A stretch of DNA of 63,909 bases, filler included, from Conidiobolus incongruus B7586 (GCA_000697335.1; 8 parts of 8 records of this genome joined end to end with filler, not necessarily neighbours in it), one strand, 5' to 3'; shown: positions 36,067-50,945, numbered from the whole stretch's first letter. Made by a program: numbers and translations. Notes: generated by a model not told the origin, from the letters alone.

Positions 36067-37800
36067 AAGTCAGAAATTATACTGCTTAAGGCTGAGGAAT
36101 TATATAGATACCTCAACTCTATGACCAGTCTCCAAATAAAGGCATTGAATCCCAACTTTGATCAATTGTTACTTTTCTTCAATTATCAACTTAAGAAATC
36201 TGATTACACGATCGTCCTAGTAAGCGCTACTGTATCCAGAGTAGCTACAGAAATAGCCAGGAGAGATTTCGACATATTATTAACTGTAGTCAGTAACAAT
36301 TATTTTTACCTCAATATCACTATAACAACTTTTTATCTGTATTCACTTGAGACTGGGAATTCAAAGTTATTGGGTCAAGCAATATGAAGAAAAAATGGAT
36401 TTGAACAGAAAGTTCTAAATCACAGAGCTTCAAGTCTAAAAGATTATACTCTTCATAATATTTTAATTTATATCTATCCTAATTCAAGATATTTAGAAGA
36501 AATGATAGAATTGACAAGCAATATATCTTATAGTGAATTCGGTTTTCGTAAATATTTTAAAAAATATCAATCTAAAAACTCTAAAAATTGATCCTAGATG
36601 GCTGCTTCTTTCTACTCTTAACCTAACCTAAGTATCTGATTTAGATCCCAACCTTTCTGTTCTATCTCAATTAATTTGGTGTACTTATCAAAAGAAAATT
36701 TTAGGGTATGATTCAAATAGCTATGATATAAATGGAAAACTGAACACTTAAAAAGTCTCTAAATTTTTAAAGTTCAAAAATTGACTATTTTATAATATCC
36801 GTTCAGAAGAGGTAAAATAGAATTTTTAAAATTTCGTGGCTACGACTTCAATTTGACTTTTTAGACAGTTACTCTTCTCATCAGAATTATACTGAATGAA
36901 GAGCTTGCCAACTAGAGTTCAATGCACTAAAAGTCAGAATTTTTATTGAATCAGCACTATTTCACACAGTCCAAATAAATCCCTTCTCAAATTAAGATCA
37001 GCCTATGCTAGAAAGGAAGCTGCTATTTCTACAGAAACCTTTAAATGGCCTAAATTGGGTAAATTGCCTGAAATAGATGATCAAGATGAATTAGAATCTG
37101 TAGCGAATATCCCAAAAGCGTACCTTTCAGCAATTAGTAAAAATCTTCATCACAGGTAGGAAGCTTAACCCAATTTTAAATGAAATAATTATACAAAACT
37201 CCTTGAGAGATTTCAGTTCAAATCTCACTCCTCATACCCTTACTTTCCTAAGCATTTTGAAAATGGCACAGATCCTTAAGAATTTAACAGGTTGCTCACA
37301 GAGAAAACAATCAAATCTGATCTAACAATGACAGAACTATATATTTTCATTCTCAAGTTCCCCCTATACTTCAATACTTATAATTGTGGAACGCCTGCTC
37401 AAGCCTCCGCAATACAAAAGTATTTAAATTTTAAAACTCGAAAGCACGCGCTCATGATTGGGCTGGAGTTCTAATATTAATCCAAAATGACCCTCGAGGT
37501 AATTTTTACATTAATATCATTCAGTTTGAACAAAGCATAGTAAATGAAATTCAAGCGGTTCTTAAAGAATGGCAATATTCAAATTTTGGCCAAAATCAAA
37601 CTCAAAAAAGAAACTCTCTTAAGTACTAATGCATAATCAGATGCTGAACTGAAAGAGTACATCCCCAGAACTTCATAGAGTCATGATACTGAAGGAACTC
37701 TCATGGTTAACAAGAACAATGACCCCAACACTGTACTAGATGCAAATTTCAGAGTTGGTAATTTGAAGAATTTAAGTTATTCATCTTTCAGACGTGATCA
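36067..37800 (+). pseudogene. Decayed coding-like island, product unknown
   Basis: GC-elevated. 174 codons (36067-36588) with a single internal TGA, followed by further long frames separated by scattered stops and frameshifts. No recognisable motif. Confidence 0.5.
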
Positions 37801-38248
37801 ATACGTAACATAATTTTCCTGCACCCTTTCATTTTTTGTTATGGATGAAAGCTGTTGTTGATATTGCTAATAATGCTTGTTTTAGAATTCCTTAAATTTA
37901 ATCGATTAATATCTTGATATTCATTAATGTAATATTATTATTATCTATGTTATTTTTGAATATTCACTATTGAATTGAATCAATATATTATCAGTCAATG
38001 TTGTTATTTTCATGACACTAAAGCTTTTAATACTAGAATTATCATATAATTTTGTAGATGACCAGTTATCAGGTTTCATCAAATTATTAATATTTCTTAA
38101 TTTAATATATATTCCAATTAGTGAATATTTCAATTAATAATATATTGGCATATTTATTATTATTTTTCCAAAAATTTCCTTTATATTGAAAATAAAATGT
38201 AATAAAAAAATCATAACATTCTCAATGGTTTATTTAAATTAATTCTAT

Positions 38249-38601
38249 TGTTGTATTTCAAAAATATCAGTCTGTCTAGATTCAATAGTTAAGTCCACAT
38301 TACCTCCTGTTCATAGTGGAATTGTCAGTCCATAATCAAATGATACTCTTTAACTTCTTTTATTAGAATTTATCCAAACTTACATCACTTACTGAATGAA
38401 GTTTTTAAACCCAGAAGTGGTAAGTATAAAAAGGGATTCCAGCTTTTCTGAATATTCTGCTACAACATCTCAATAGAAATTTTTAAGACCTACAGTCCCA
38501 ATATGTTAAAGATCAGAATTAATAAATAATTTACTAAATCATATAACTGGTACTTTTCTAACAATGATCTTTATTTATAAAGCTTATTATAAAAAGCAAC
38601 A
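38249..38601 (+). mobile_element. Solo LTR, family B (353 bp)
   Basis: TGTTG...CAACA termini, 4-bp TSD CTAT, homologous to 14165-14524. Confidence 0.85.
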
Positions 38602-38839
38602 CTATCAAAAATTTATTAAATATTTTGAAATAATAAAATTTTTAAATGCTGATATCAAATTTGATTAAAAAAACAATATTATGGTATATAATTCAATTAT
38701 TAAAAATATTGGGATTATTATTCTTAGTTTGATTTCCTTTCATAATTAGTTTGATAAGTTGAGAAAATAATTATGAAATTAATACATTTTTCATTATCAT
38801 AAATTTACATAGTCAAATTACAAAAATTTGGAATGATAC

Positions 38840-39274
38840 TGTCGGGTGTTAACACTGACAACAATGGGTTTTACGAGCTTAAACGGGGAATCGCCAGTGG
38901 TAAACGATAAATTACCACGTAATTAAGGGAAAATATTGGGGTTCACCAAAGTAGGTGAAAATGACTTGTTACGAATCGGGTTCTTTGAATAAAGTAAATA
39001 TCTCACGCTCGTCACGACTCAACACTTTTGTGAGGGTTACGAGAAAAACTTAGAGACGGTATACTTTTGAAAATGAAGATAGAAGATATGTTTATTAGTT
39101 TGCTTATGATAATCTTATATTAGGTTCCATTGTTGATTTTTGTGGACATGAATGACTTACGGGCGGAAAGTAATAGGATCAACTAGTTCATGGGATGTGA
39201 TATCTCCAATGTGACTTCGCGAATCCTGCGGTAATCGGAGTTTCTTGAGTAATTGACAGGATTATTCTCCATCA
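38840..39274 (-). mobile_element. Probable solo LTR, family D (435 bp)
   Basis: TG...CA, 4-bp TSD ATAC, GC-elevated. Single copy in the window; strand tentative. Confidence 0.65.
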
Positions 39275-39499
39275 ATACCATTCTCTATAAAATTAATAAC
39301 GACTACATAATTTGAATTAATTATAATTATTTTTATTTGTATATTCAACTCAAATGATTAAATATATTATGAATTCAATTTGAAATAATTTGTTTTTTAT
39401 TTTTCACTTATAATTTAATTCCTCTCAAAATTGAATTTTTTTTTTGACTTTTAAATGTATTTTCTTATTCCAAATTATATAATGCGGTCAAATTTTAAC

Positions 39500-41200
39500 A
39501 TTCAAATTACTTCCACCTTAAGGACAATCACACTAGCCTCCATTTCACAATTGCTAAGATTATCTCCTAATACGTAAACGGGATGGCTTACTAGATTATT
39601 TTAATCCCAAACTTCTTGTATTACTATCTTTAATTCGTTGTCAGAGTTATCAAAACAAAAAGACAATTTTTGACTATTTTCTAATGAATTTGATATCAAG
39701 TAGGAAAATATTCAGTCATTATTTTTGAACATAATCCCAAGTATCATTAATATAATTCATACTGTATTATTTAATTTGAATTTTAATCCTAATAATGTTA
39801 CCTATGAAATGCCTCTCCGATTTATTACATTGGGAATATATGATCTCGATTTTGATGATGAGGAATATAATCATCATTAGGCTTGTAATGTTATTACCCA
39901 TAAATTGAAAAAAAGAGTGGGATTTCGAATTCATCCAGTATTTGAATGAAATTTCAGAGATTTTTTTGTAATAAAGATGACAGGCGGGTTGGTGTTGTAT
40001 ATAGTCAATTTGGTCATGCTAGTATTCAAATATAGATAACTAGGCAAATATGAAATGGAATCTAAGTAGCTAAAAACGAATATCTACTAAATCCTCTAAT
40101 TTATTAGCTTGACTTAATAAAGTATCTACAATGTTTCTTATATACTATATCTACTCGCCAAATATTATCATCCGATAAAATAAATCCATTATCAATTCAA
40201 AGTGAACTTATTTCTTCAAGACAACTAAACTATCTTTCCGATTTATGAACCTTCTAATTTATATATATTCAATAGTCCACAAAATGACAAATCTCAAATT
40301 ATCTATTCTAGGTTTGAGGTTTTGTTACAAGACTCAAATGTACAAGGCATCAGCCTATCACTTCAGTATTTAAACTTTAAGTCTTATGGGACTAAATCGA
40401 CCTATTATTCATATATATTTTCTTGTTATCCCTTCAATTTGAAGAATGCTATAAAGAATTTACTTTCAGCGAAAGTTAGAGTGAGCGTATGGAATTTTTA
40501 GTGGACTTTGGGTTAGTTTAATGAAACTATCCAGGTCGCTTTTATCCTACTAAATTGGTTACTTCGTACATTCATAAAAGTTCAAATGATTCTAAAGGAT
40601 CTGATAAGTATTATGAATCAAATGTTTACCCTATTACCGTTTTCTTAAACAGTATGAGATTACCCAATCTAGATAATAATAGAGCTGAGGCTCGACCAGA
40701 AAATTTAATTAAAATACCTTATAATTACAAATTATTGCTTCCATAACCTCTAAATTACATTTATCTATTCTAAATAAATTTTTAATTTGCAAGTTACTCA
40801 ATATGACACTTAAACATTTATATCACCACCTTATATCAAAAGTTTCTTCGAAAAGGATTGCATCCCAACAAATTTCCCAATGTTTATTATACCATATCCA
40901 TCCCACTATGATTCAAACAACTTAGTTTACCCATATTAGTTAGTCATTGATCGAATTCGATTTATTGAAATTGAAGTGAATAGTGCAAACTAGCAACTAG
41001 GTAATTCAAATACTATAATCTATATTTCAAATTATTTAATAAATTATCTAAAAGCTATTCTATATACCCTGTTTTCCAAATTTTATACTCTAGATATTTT
41101 CTAAATGGATTTAGCGGGACGATTCGACATGGTTTTATCGCAAGGTCACAGAAAATTAACAACCATTATTCGCAAATCAGAGTATCGAATTTTTAAATCT
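39500..41200 (+). pseudogene. Second decayed coding-like island, product unknown
   Basis: Long plus-strand frames broken by isolated stops, e.g. NPNNVTYEMPLRFITLGIYDLDFDDEEY and YEPSNLYIFNSPQNDKSQIIYSRFEVLLQDSNVQG. Boundaries approximate. Confidence 0.45.
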
Positions 41201-44200
41201 TTATCATTAATAGCTTAATCTTAAAAAATATATAATGTTTACTTTTTACTTATTATCTTGAATCTATATTGATAGTTTTCCATTAAATAGCTGTATTATA
41301 TGTATTTTTCATGATTTTTTTTTATCAACTTAAAATTATTATGTAAAAATTTTTAAATTAATTAGAAACAAATGAAGATAAAAAAAATTTAATAAATTTT
41401 GTCATACTAAAATATAAATAAATATGACTCAATTTATAAAGGGTATTTAAATCAAATATTGGTAAAATTTTGTTTTGATTTTTGATTCTAATGTTGGTCT
41501 TTTAAATATAAAAGCTATAATATTATTAACAATTATCATTTTGCTTATTATTCATAATTATATGTATTTAAGTCAATTTAACTAGTATTGATTTTTGGTT
41601 ATAAAAATAGATTTCAATTGATTGAAGGTATTTTATAAATTTCAACATTATTGTAATATTTTTCATAAAGTAGATGATATTTAGATATTCAAAAACAATA
41701 AATTTTGATCTATAATTATTTTATAAAAATATTTTAAAATTTTATATAATATTTAAATATTATATTAATAATTTTATTTTTTTATTAATTTTATTAATAA
41801 CTTAATGATATTTTGTGAATTTAATTAATATTATAAATATAGCTCACAGATTCAACAAAATCAATTAAATTAAAATAATTTTATTTTCAGGTTAGCTTAG
41901 TATCCATTTGAACATTGATGTAAACATTACCATATAGTACCTGGTTATAGTTATCAGTTTGGTAGTAATATATAAACCTTAGTATTCCAATAGTAAGCTA
42001 TTTTTTTCAGTGATATAAAGCTAAAAAAAGTCTTATTTTATCTAATTAAAAATAAATATAAATTATCTATCCAATTAACTAATTTCAGATTCATAAAAAC
42101 AATTGATTAATATTAAATAAATATATAGATATATATGAAATTTATGATTTAGTTCAAGAAGTTTTAAAGATCATAAAAATTATTTTAAAGTGTTACCCTT
42201 ATATTGTCAATATGAAGTAAAATTTTCAACAGGATTCATGATAATAAATAATTAACAATAATCATTTATTATAGTTAAAATAACTTGAATAATTAATATA
42301 TTAATTAAATCATAAATATTATACCAAAATCTTAATCTTTATATAGTTTTTTATAAAACTAAATTGATTTTTTAATGATAATTAATAATTAATAAAACAG
42401 TTTCAAAATTCCTATTTTGGAAAGTATATTATTGAAATATAAATACTATTCAAATTGGTAAAAATTAAATATTCAATTATTGAATTAAGATTTTAAATGA
42501 CAAATTTAAGATTAAATCATGATTCTTTGTTTAAAAAATTATTAATTACAATTTAATAAATAATGTATTTAAAATTAATCCGTTTATAATAATTTGAAAA
42601 TACTAATAACTATTTTTAAATTTTAATAAAATCTTAGCAAATATAAAATTTAGTTATTATATCTTTAAATAATAAAACGCAATTAAATATTATATAATTA
42701 ATTGTAAAATATAATAATAAAATTTAATATAACGGTTTAAATCAATTTTCTACTTTTATAATAAATCTGAATATTGAATTATTCCAGGTTTTTTTTAAAT
42801 TATAAAACTAATAAAAATTTTTATTTTGTGAAATCAATAATGTGGAAGGACAATTGAACATATTAATTTCCTTAATATTTCATATTTTTTTGGATATTAT
42901 AAGATCTTTTTTTCAAAAATATATTAAGATTATATTTAAATTAATTTTTGAATGGATATAAAACGGTGTAAAGATTAATTTTTTAAGCTAATAACCTTAT
43001 AAGGTAACTATTTTTATAAATGAGTTGTATTAAATATATATTAAAAATCAAAATTAATTAATATACTGATATTAATAAAATAAAATAAATCATATAAAGA
43101 ATACTGATTTTCTAGTATCTTCTTTTATAATAGTTATTTATAAATATTCGAATTTGATATTTTCAGACTTTTAAACCATGTTAATATAAGAAAAATATGA
43201 CATCATAAGCTGACTGTTTGGACTATGAGAACTAATCGGAATTGCTGTTAATATAACCAAATTAAATTATATTAAAAATACAAATCATGATAAATAATCC
43301 ATTTATAATTGGTATATGTTTATGGACTAAATCTAAATATAGTCACATTCACTGGTTGGTTCAATTATATTAACAATCTCATAACTATGAAAGAAAAAAT
43401 ATGTTGATTTATATAAAAAATTGATTGAATAAAATATATTAAATTCGAATCTAATTTAAATAATAAGATTATAAAAAAATAAAAATTAATTCATGCAATT
43501 ATATGCATTAATTTATAAATCAATTTTATATATAGGGTAAAATTCTAACTAATTTTTATTTTTTAACTATATTTGTGAGTGTTTCAACCAAAATAAATGC
43601 TTTAAAATGAATAAATGTATTAATTGATACTTTCATTTGTAGTGATATACAAATAAAAAATAAATAATTGAAATTCTATATTATATTAACAAGAAAAATG
43701 TATACAATTCATACAATTACATTACTATTGATTTAGTTATTACCAGTGACTGATTTGTATTTCAAAATATTGTCAATAAATCAAATTCATGCTAAAAAAT
43801 TTGCTATTACAATGATAACATTAATATATATATATATATATATATCCAATGTTATTATCAAAAAAGAACAAATGAATAATTAACAAATTAGATATCAATT
43901 GGTAATATATTATATTCAAACATTTAATACAGCTGTTTCAATAATTAGAATTCCTAAAATAAGTATACAGAATAATAAATTTATAGTGTTTTTATTGGTG
44001 ATTTATTGAATGATATAAAAAAAATTTGTTTTAAAAATATTATTTCATTTTTATTAATATTAGTAATCATTTTTAATTTATAAAATCTAATGATTCTCTT
44101 TTCAAGGAAAACTATTAATACTATTCAATTTTCAATAATAATTTTAATAATGGATAATGTTAAATTTTATATCTTTTTATTATAAATATTTGAAATTGTG

Positions 44201-45189
44201 GACAATTTAAATAAATGAGGGAGTTAATTATTATTAAAATAATCCCATATAAAAATGTATACAATTTTAAATTATTTTTTTTGTTATAATAATTTTTTTA
44301 ATACAAAAAGGAACTAGAAGTTTCCGAATCAAAAACCTGTTTTATTTTGTCCATTAAATTTTTTCATATTATATATGTTTATTATAAATTGTAAATGGAA
44401 AATTATATAGTTTGATTTTACATATATATTTTATAAAGCCTTGTTAGTTGATTCAAGTCATAAAACTGGAAGTTAATTTTGTTTTCTCCAAAAAACAAGC
44501 TTGAAATTACAAAAGTAATATTTCTTAAATGCATAACAATTAGAAAAAAAATCAAAAAGTTGAAGATGAAGAGTTTTACCCGAGCGATCAAAGTGTAATC
44601 TTATTTAACAATATCAATCTTGAGTCATACAATTATTTTAATATATGAATCAAAGTGAAAAATTATAAAAGATGATATAATTGGTTAATGCTATCAATAT
44701 GTGTTCAATTATGATAGGATTGATTTAACTTCTATCTATTTGGCATTATAAATGTATAACTTAAAATAAATTAAGAGTATTATGTTTAAAAATTCTCATT
44801 TTATATACTATGAGAAAATATTAATTTAGTACTAATCTCAAAACAATAGTTCAAAAAGTTTTAACTAAATTCAATTGAATAAATTAAAATTTTAAACTAG
44901 TTTTTTAAAATTTACTAATTTCCAAATTTAAAATGTTAAATTAAAAATTCAAATTAATGTACTTTTTTTAATTAAATCAGGATTAATAGAATTTATTTTT
45001 AAAAAAAATTAAAATTAATTTGAATTTTTAATAAACCCAAAAATACAAACAAAAAACAATTTTTTAGTGATACAAGTATTATCAGTATTCTAATGCTAAT
45101 ATATTATTATACTACAATATAATATAATTCGAGAATATTATGCAAATATTTTATTCGTATTAATAATTAAAGTTGAAATTATAATATAT

Positions 45190-46242
45190 TTAATTCTTAA
45201 GAACAACTCTGTATCTAACTTTACCATCTCTAACATATTGAACTCCTTCATTTACTTGAGACATAGGGAATTCTTGGATCATTGGGCGAATATCATGCTT
45301 AGCAGCAAAATCTAAAGTTTGCTCAATTTCATGAATGGATCCAATGAGAGAGCCAGTCAAGGAAACTCCTTTCATAATAACGGGTACAGCATTAATAATG
45401 ATAGGAGTTTCAGGAAGAGCGAGTAGAACAATCTTGCCTTCAATTTTCATGTATGTTGCATATTCATCCCAAGGAGCATTTTCAGCATTACTAGTGACCA
45501 ATAAGTATTTCAATTTGTTTTCAATGCTCTTAACTTGTTCGGGATCGGATGTGTTGATGAAGTGAGAAGCTCCTAATTTCATACATTCTTCCTTCTTGTT
45601 TTCAGATCTGGATAAAGCATATACTTCAGCACCGAGCTTGCTAGCAAATTGTAAGGCTAAGTGACCTAATCCACCAATACCAATAATACCAACAGCATCG
45701 CCCTTTTGGATGCTATGTCTGAGCATAGGGGTAAAGACAGTGGCACCAGCACACATCAAAGGAGCAGCATATTCAGAGGGGATAGCTTCAGGGATCTTGA
45801 AAGCATAGTTGCTTTGGACACGAACGGCTTCAGCATAACCACCATATGATTTTTCATTGTCACCCCATCTGTCGTTATAGGTAAATACTCTTTCGGAGCA
45901 GTGAGGATCTCTCTTGATAGAACATTGTTCACAGTCATCTTTCAAACAAGCACCAGATTGAGCACCAACACCAACACGATCACCTACTTTGAGATGGGAA
46001 ACTTTGTTTCCAACAGCGGTGACGGTACCAACGATTTCATGACCAACAATGACGGGATAGTCGGAAGGACCCCAACCACTGTCCAAAGTATGAATATCAC
46101 TACCACAGATACCACAGTGGGAGATTTCAATTTCAACATCATTTTCACCAATGGGTCTAGGCTTGTAGGTATAAGGAACTAATTTTTGATCTTTACCGTG
46201 ACAAGCCCAAGCTTTAATTTGATGGAATTTTCCTTGAGTCAT
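45190..46242 (-). CDS. Zinc-dependent medium-chain alcohol dehydrogenase, cinnamyl-ADH / yeast ADH6-like, probably NADP(H)
   Basis: CGICGSD, GHEIVG, GDRVGVG, structural Zn cysteines (CLKDDCEQC...C), APLMCAG, GIGGLG, RYRVVL. TATATAAA at 46303-46310 (minus). Confidence 0.96.
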   Translation of the reverse strand: MTQGKFHQIKAWACHGKDQKLVPYTYKPRPIGENDVEIEISHCGICGSDIHTLDSGWGPSDYPVIVGHEIVGTVTAVGNKVSHLKVGDRVGVGAQSGACLKDDCEQCSIKRDPHCSERVFTYNDRWGDNEKSYGGYAEAVRVQSNYAFKIPEAIPSEYAAPLMCAGATVFTPMLRHSIQKGDAVGIIGIGGLGHLALQFASKLGAEVYALSRSENKKEECMKLGASHFINTSDPEQVKSIENKLKYLLVTSNAENAPWDEYATYMKIEGKIVLLALPETPIIINAVPVIMKGVSLTGSLIGSIHEIEQTLDFAAKHDIRPMIQEFPMSQVNEGVQYVRDGKVRYRVVLKN

Positions 46243-46552
46243 TTTTATTTATTGATCTTATTTTAATTGATTCGTAATAGTACAAAATGATTTTCAAGGC
46301 ACTTTATATATAAATTCTCAATCTTGAATCAAGTAATAAAAATTAAATAAAAAAAAATTATAAATATATTCAATTTTCAACAAAATAAAATTAATCCTGA
46401 ATAAAAACAAATACTTTTTATTTTATTTTTAAGTAAAAAAATAACTATTTAATTAATAATTAAATTATAAGTGAATTTTAAATTAATAAAAATTAATATG
46501 ATTTAATGAGAATGAATTTTAAATTTATTAATTTTAATTTTAATTTAGATTT

Positions 46553-46579
<27 letters not shown>
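46553..46579. repeat. (ATA)9 microsatellite
   Basis: Read directly from the sequence. Confidence 0.85.
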
Positions 46580-46583
<4 letters not shown>

Positions 46584-49219
46584 TATTTGTATTTATTTTA
46601 TTAGTTGAGAGATAAAAGTATTTACATCTGAGCTTTACTTAAAATATATAATAATAATAATGTTATTATTATTACATATTTAGAAATTTGTCAAATTAGA
46701 AATAAAAATCCGGTTTTGTAATACTATTATAATATTTAATTGCGATTGTTCACTTTAATTTAATATGAAAATCAGTTTCCAATATATCTAGTTTATTAAT
46801 TACCTCCAATATGAGTCTATATTAGTGGGATGGTGTAAATTATATCTACACTGTGCAGTTTTTCTCTTTATCTCTAAATTGAATACTAATAATAAAATAT
46901 GATTTTCTAATAGCAGTTGAAAATTGTTATGATATGAATTCATTTCACATTAATAAATATGGAATTGAAAACTAGTTAAATTGATTTAAAAGATGGATAA
47001 AAAATGTACAACAATAGTCAAGTATCTAATTAATACCCATATAGTTTTACATATTCATAATATATTAAACATATTAACTCAAGTAGTTTCAAAATGAATT
47101 TTTTAAATATATTAACATTTCAAATTATCCTTTTTAAAATACCAAAAAATTAAAAATTCTTATAAAAAATTAATTAAAATCAATATTAAATATATCATTA
47201 TTTGATAATAAAGAGATACTTAATATATATATGAATAAAATTCTTTTAAAATTTCAATTTATTTTAGTATATTTATACCATAAATAAATGATTTACAATT
47301 CTTTAAAACTCTGTTAAACTGATTGATTATATAAATTTACACAAATATACCTTTTTACAAAGAGTGAATTGGAGCTTAGAATAAATAAAAAGTTAGACTA
47401 AAATTTCCAAGGTAATAGAAAATAATTAAAGCAAATTAGAAACTCCAAGGCGCATATGACTAATAGAATAAAATAGAACCAAAAAGATATATTAATACTT
47501 ATAATCCATTATCAATACTGGAAAATTTAATAAATTTCAAATTTTTAACAAATTTTTAAACGATTGCTTGAAGAAAAAAAACTGTCAAGCATGATATTTC
47601 ATTAATTATCAGACTTGTTTATAAGTTCAAAAATGTAGACTTAAATTGAAATAAAATATGGTTTAAATTGAATAAATAGTTTTACCTCAAATTTTCAATG
47701 TCCATCAGCTGCTAAATCAAAGAGTGGAACTGATTACAAAATTGGCCAAAAAAGTTCTGGTTAATGGTTAATGTGCATTCAGTTATTTTATAGCTATGCG
47801 ATGTTAGTTTTAATATAAAGATCCTTCAGATCATTTGGTCAATATGAGGATTTGGTAGTATTGAATTATCAAGCAATCTCAAAGGTTGATTTTATTTATA
47901 TTTCAATCTAATATTATTCTAATTAATATCAAAAGACCTAGAAATTGAATTAGTGAAAATATGCTCATTCTTGAAAAATTATTCATATCACTATATATTT
48001 GAAGAATTCAATATTGATAAATATTTAACTAGTACTTATATATATATATAATTAACTGTTTAAATCAATATATGTGATTTTATATCTTTATTATATTGTT
48101 ATTGTCTTAATTTATAAAAATGTCGTTTATTACTCATTGAATACAAATGTTTTGTAAAAATTTTGTTATAATAATTAAAATTTCATTTATTATTTTACAT
48201 CTTTAACCCACTCAAAGAAAAACTTTTTTAACTGACTTTGAAGAAAGGTGTTAAATTTGAAATAAATAATTATTAAAATTTTATAAAAAAATTAAATTTT
48301 TATTTGATTTCATAATATATATTTATCATTTACTATCCAAATTTTGAATTGAGTATTAATCCTCCTTGACATATTATTTATTTTAATCATTATATTATAC
48401 AACTAACCCATTTCGTATAAAATAACCTTCCTAATAACTATTGGATATATGTATTTGATCAAAATATTAACTGCTTAAATCCAAGTTTGTAATATGTTGA
48501 TTTTATCAATTAAACTTAAAATTTATGAAGTGTGATATATATATATATATTTAGTCTCATTTATAATTTTTTATGAAAATATCTAAATTAACGTAAAGAA
48601 ATATTTCCCTTTCAATTTCTATTTTTTAAAGAATATTAATAAGATTTCAATCTTTTAATTAGTTTTATGCACTAAAATTTTAAAATTAAAATAGTAGGTT
48701 AAAATATGGTGAAATATTAGTGTATATTAATAAACTTCAGATTTTATATTTAATATTATCCCTATAAAATTAATATTTAGGAAAATTTTAAAATTAAAAA
48801 TAAAATTATCAATATATAAATAAAAAATTAATTTTTTTATTAATCATTAATAATTCTTTGGTATATTTTTGATATACTTTTAAAACTTAAATATAATTAT
48901 TTTTATTAAAAAACGAAATTTAAGATTCCATAAACTAATTTAATTTATTTATAGTAATTTTTTTCTTCTAAATATAATTTTCAATTGCCAAATTAATGAA
49001 TATATTAGATATGGTAATATATTAGATTTTTGTATAGTTATTATATAATCTAATAATTATCTTGAATTTATAATAAAAATATCATTAAATATTGTTTTAA
49101 TTTAATTAATAATATAAAATCTTTTATATTAAATTTGATTTTAAAAACTATAAAAAACTATAATATTTTAATACACCTAAATAATCATAAATAATTAATT
49201 AATAGAAAATATATATATT

Positions 49220-49319
49220 NNNNNNNNNNNNNNNNNNNNNNNNNNNNNNNNNNNNNNNNNNNNTTAATTAATTAANNNNNNNNNNNNNNNNNNNNNNNNN
49301 NNNNNNNNNNNNNNNNNNN
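49220..49319. other. Assembly gap with six-frame stop linker
   Basis: 44 N + TTAATTAATTAA + 44 N. Confidence 0.98.
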
Positions 49320-49907
49320 ACAATAAATAAAAAAAATATTAATTTATATAAGTTAAATAAATCAAACCTTATTTTTTAACAAGATAATACCTTTTATTAT
49401 ATTATAAATTTTATTATTTATTAACTTAAAAATAATAAAATAGTTATTATTAAATAACTTTTTTAATTTTTAATTATTATTTAATTAAATATCTTTAAAA
49501 TCAATTAAAAAAATTAATTAAAGTTTTCCCTTTAGTAAAAAATTTAATTTAACTTTAAAAGTAAATTTAAGAAGTTTAGAATGATACTAGTTTTTGCTTA
49601 ATATAAGAAGCTAGTTAACTTTATATCTTATAAACTTAAAGAGATTAGAAATATAAAAGATAGATATATTAAATATTAATTTTTCTATCAATATTAAAAC
49701 CTATAAATTTATAACTTTTCTTAGATATACTTTTAGTTTTAATATATCAATTAATTATTCACTAAATTTAACTTTATAAACTATATTATAAATAAAATAT
49801 ATATTAATTATGTAGTTTGATATAAGTTTATTTAAATTAGAATTAATTAATATATTAATAAAAATATTTATATTTTTAATTTTATGACTCATTTTTGTGA
49901 GCTAGTG
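49320..49907 (+). mobile_element. Hypermutated Tc1, copy C (3' part)
   Basis: CAAGATAAT (QDN) near 49380 and a C-terminal relic. Holds the best-preserved TIR, TTTATGACTCATTTTTGTGAGCTAGTG, followed by TA. Confidence 0.88.
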
Positions 49908-50945
49908 TATATATATATAATATTACAATATTTTAATATTTAGATTAAGGAATAGTTATTAAAGATTTATTTATTAAAACAAATTGGTTTTTATCTCTAA
50001 ATCCATAGTATTCACCAGATACTTTTCTTTGTGATTATGAATATTTTGGTAAGTTATTGAATTTAACTAAAGGAAAGGTATTTAATGACATTTCAATCTT
50101 TTGTTTCAAAATTAAAAATGTAATTTTAAAGATAATGGATAAAAACCTATATAAAAAGGATAAGCAATTACCATTAGTATGGAATTGTGTTATTGAAAAA
50201 CAAAGAAGTTTTTAATTATTAAAATTATTGTATTTTTGCTTTAGCTTTAGCTTTATCTATTCTATTAAAATATAAATACAAAATTTGTGAACTTAATTTT
50301 TGAACCACCATATATTAAACTAAATCTTATTATGTAATTTATTAAAGCAAATGACAAATTTGTTGATTTTCTTATACATATAATAATGATTATTAGTCTA
50401 AGTTTATATGAATACAATAAATTTTAAACATACGTGACAAGTCATTGATTAATATATTGAGCAATATTACTATGGAATTATTTAAATCTTAATCGTGCAA
50501 GTATAATGTTAAGTTTGCCGAATCTTAATATAATTCAAAGAGCTTAATCTTTAGGATGAAATAATCTCACATTACCAAATATCATAAATGCAGATTCTAG
50601 AAATATATCTAACCTTAAATTCCAAATCAACACAATATTATATTCTATAAAACTAATAAATCAAAACTCAAATTTTCAGTTAATTATCAATCTCACACGT
50701 AATTATTGTTAAATTATTTTTCCAGTTCAGTTTCAAAAATAGAGATTAATTATCGGGATTATAAATTTCAATTATATATGTAAGTGCAAATTAAGATAAT
50801 TACTTTGCATAAATAATTCATATGGTTGAGATTACTTGGTATATTAATCACCAAGCAATTTGGTTTCAGATAATCAAAGTTCTACTTGAATATTATATTT
50901 AATATAATGCAGTTAAACTGCTATTTTTAAAGACATATTTTATAT

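Noticed and set aside
2404..38133. AT-rich ORFs 2404-2589, 4734-4937 and 37945-38133
   Set aside because: Short, I/L/N/K-biased frames expected by chance in this composition.
45335..46182. ORFs overlapping the alcohol dehydrogenase, and 3659-4030 inside the second GPCR
   Set aside because: Shadow frames of real genes with no independent support.
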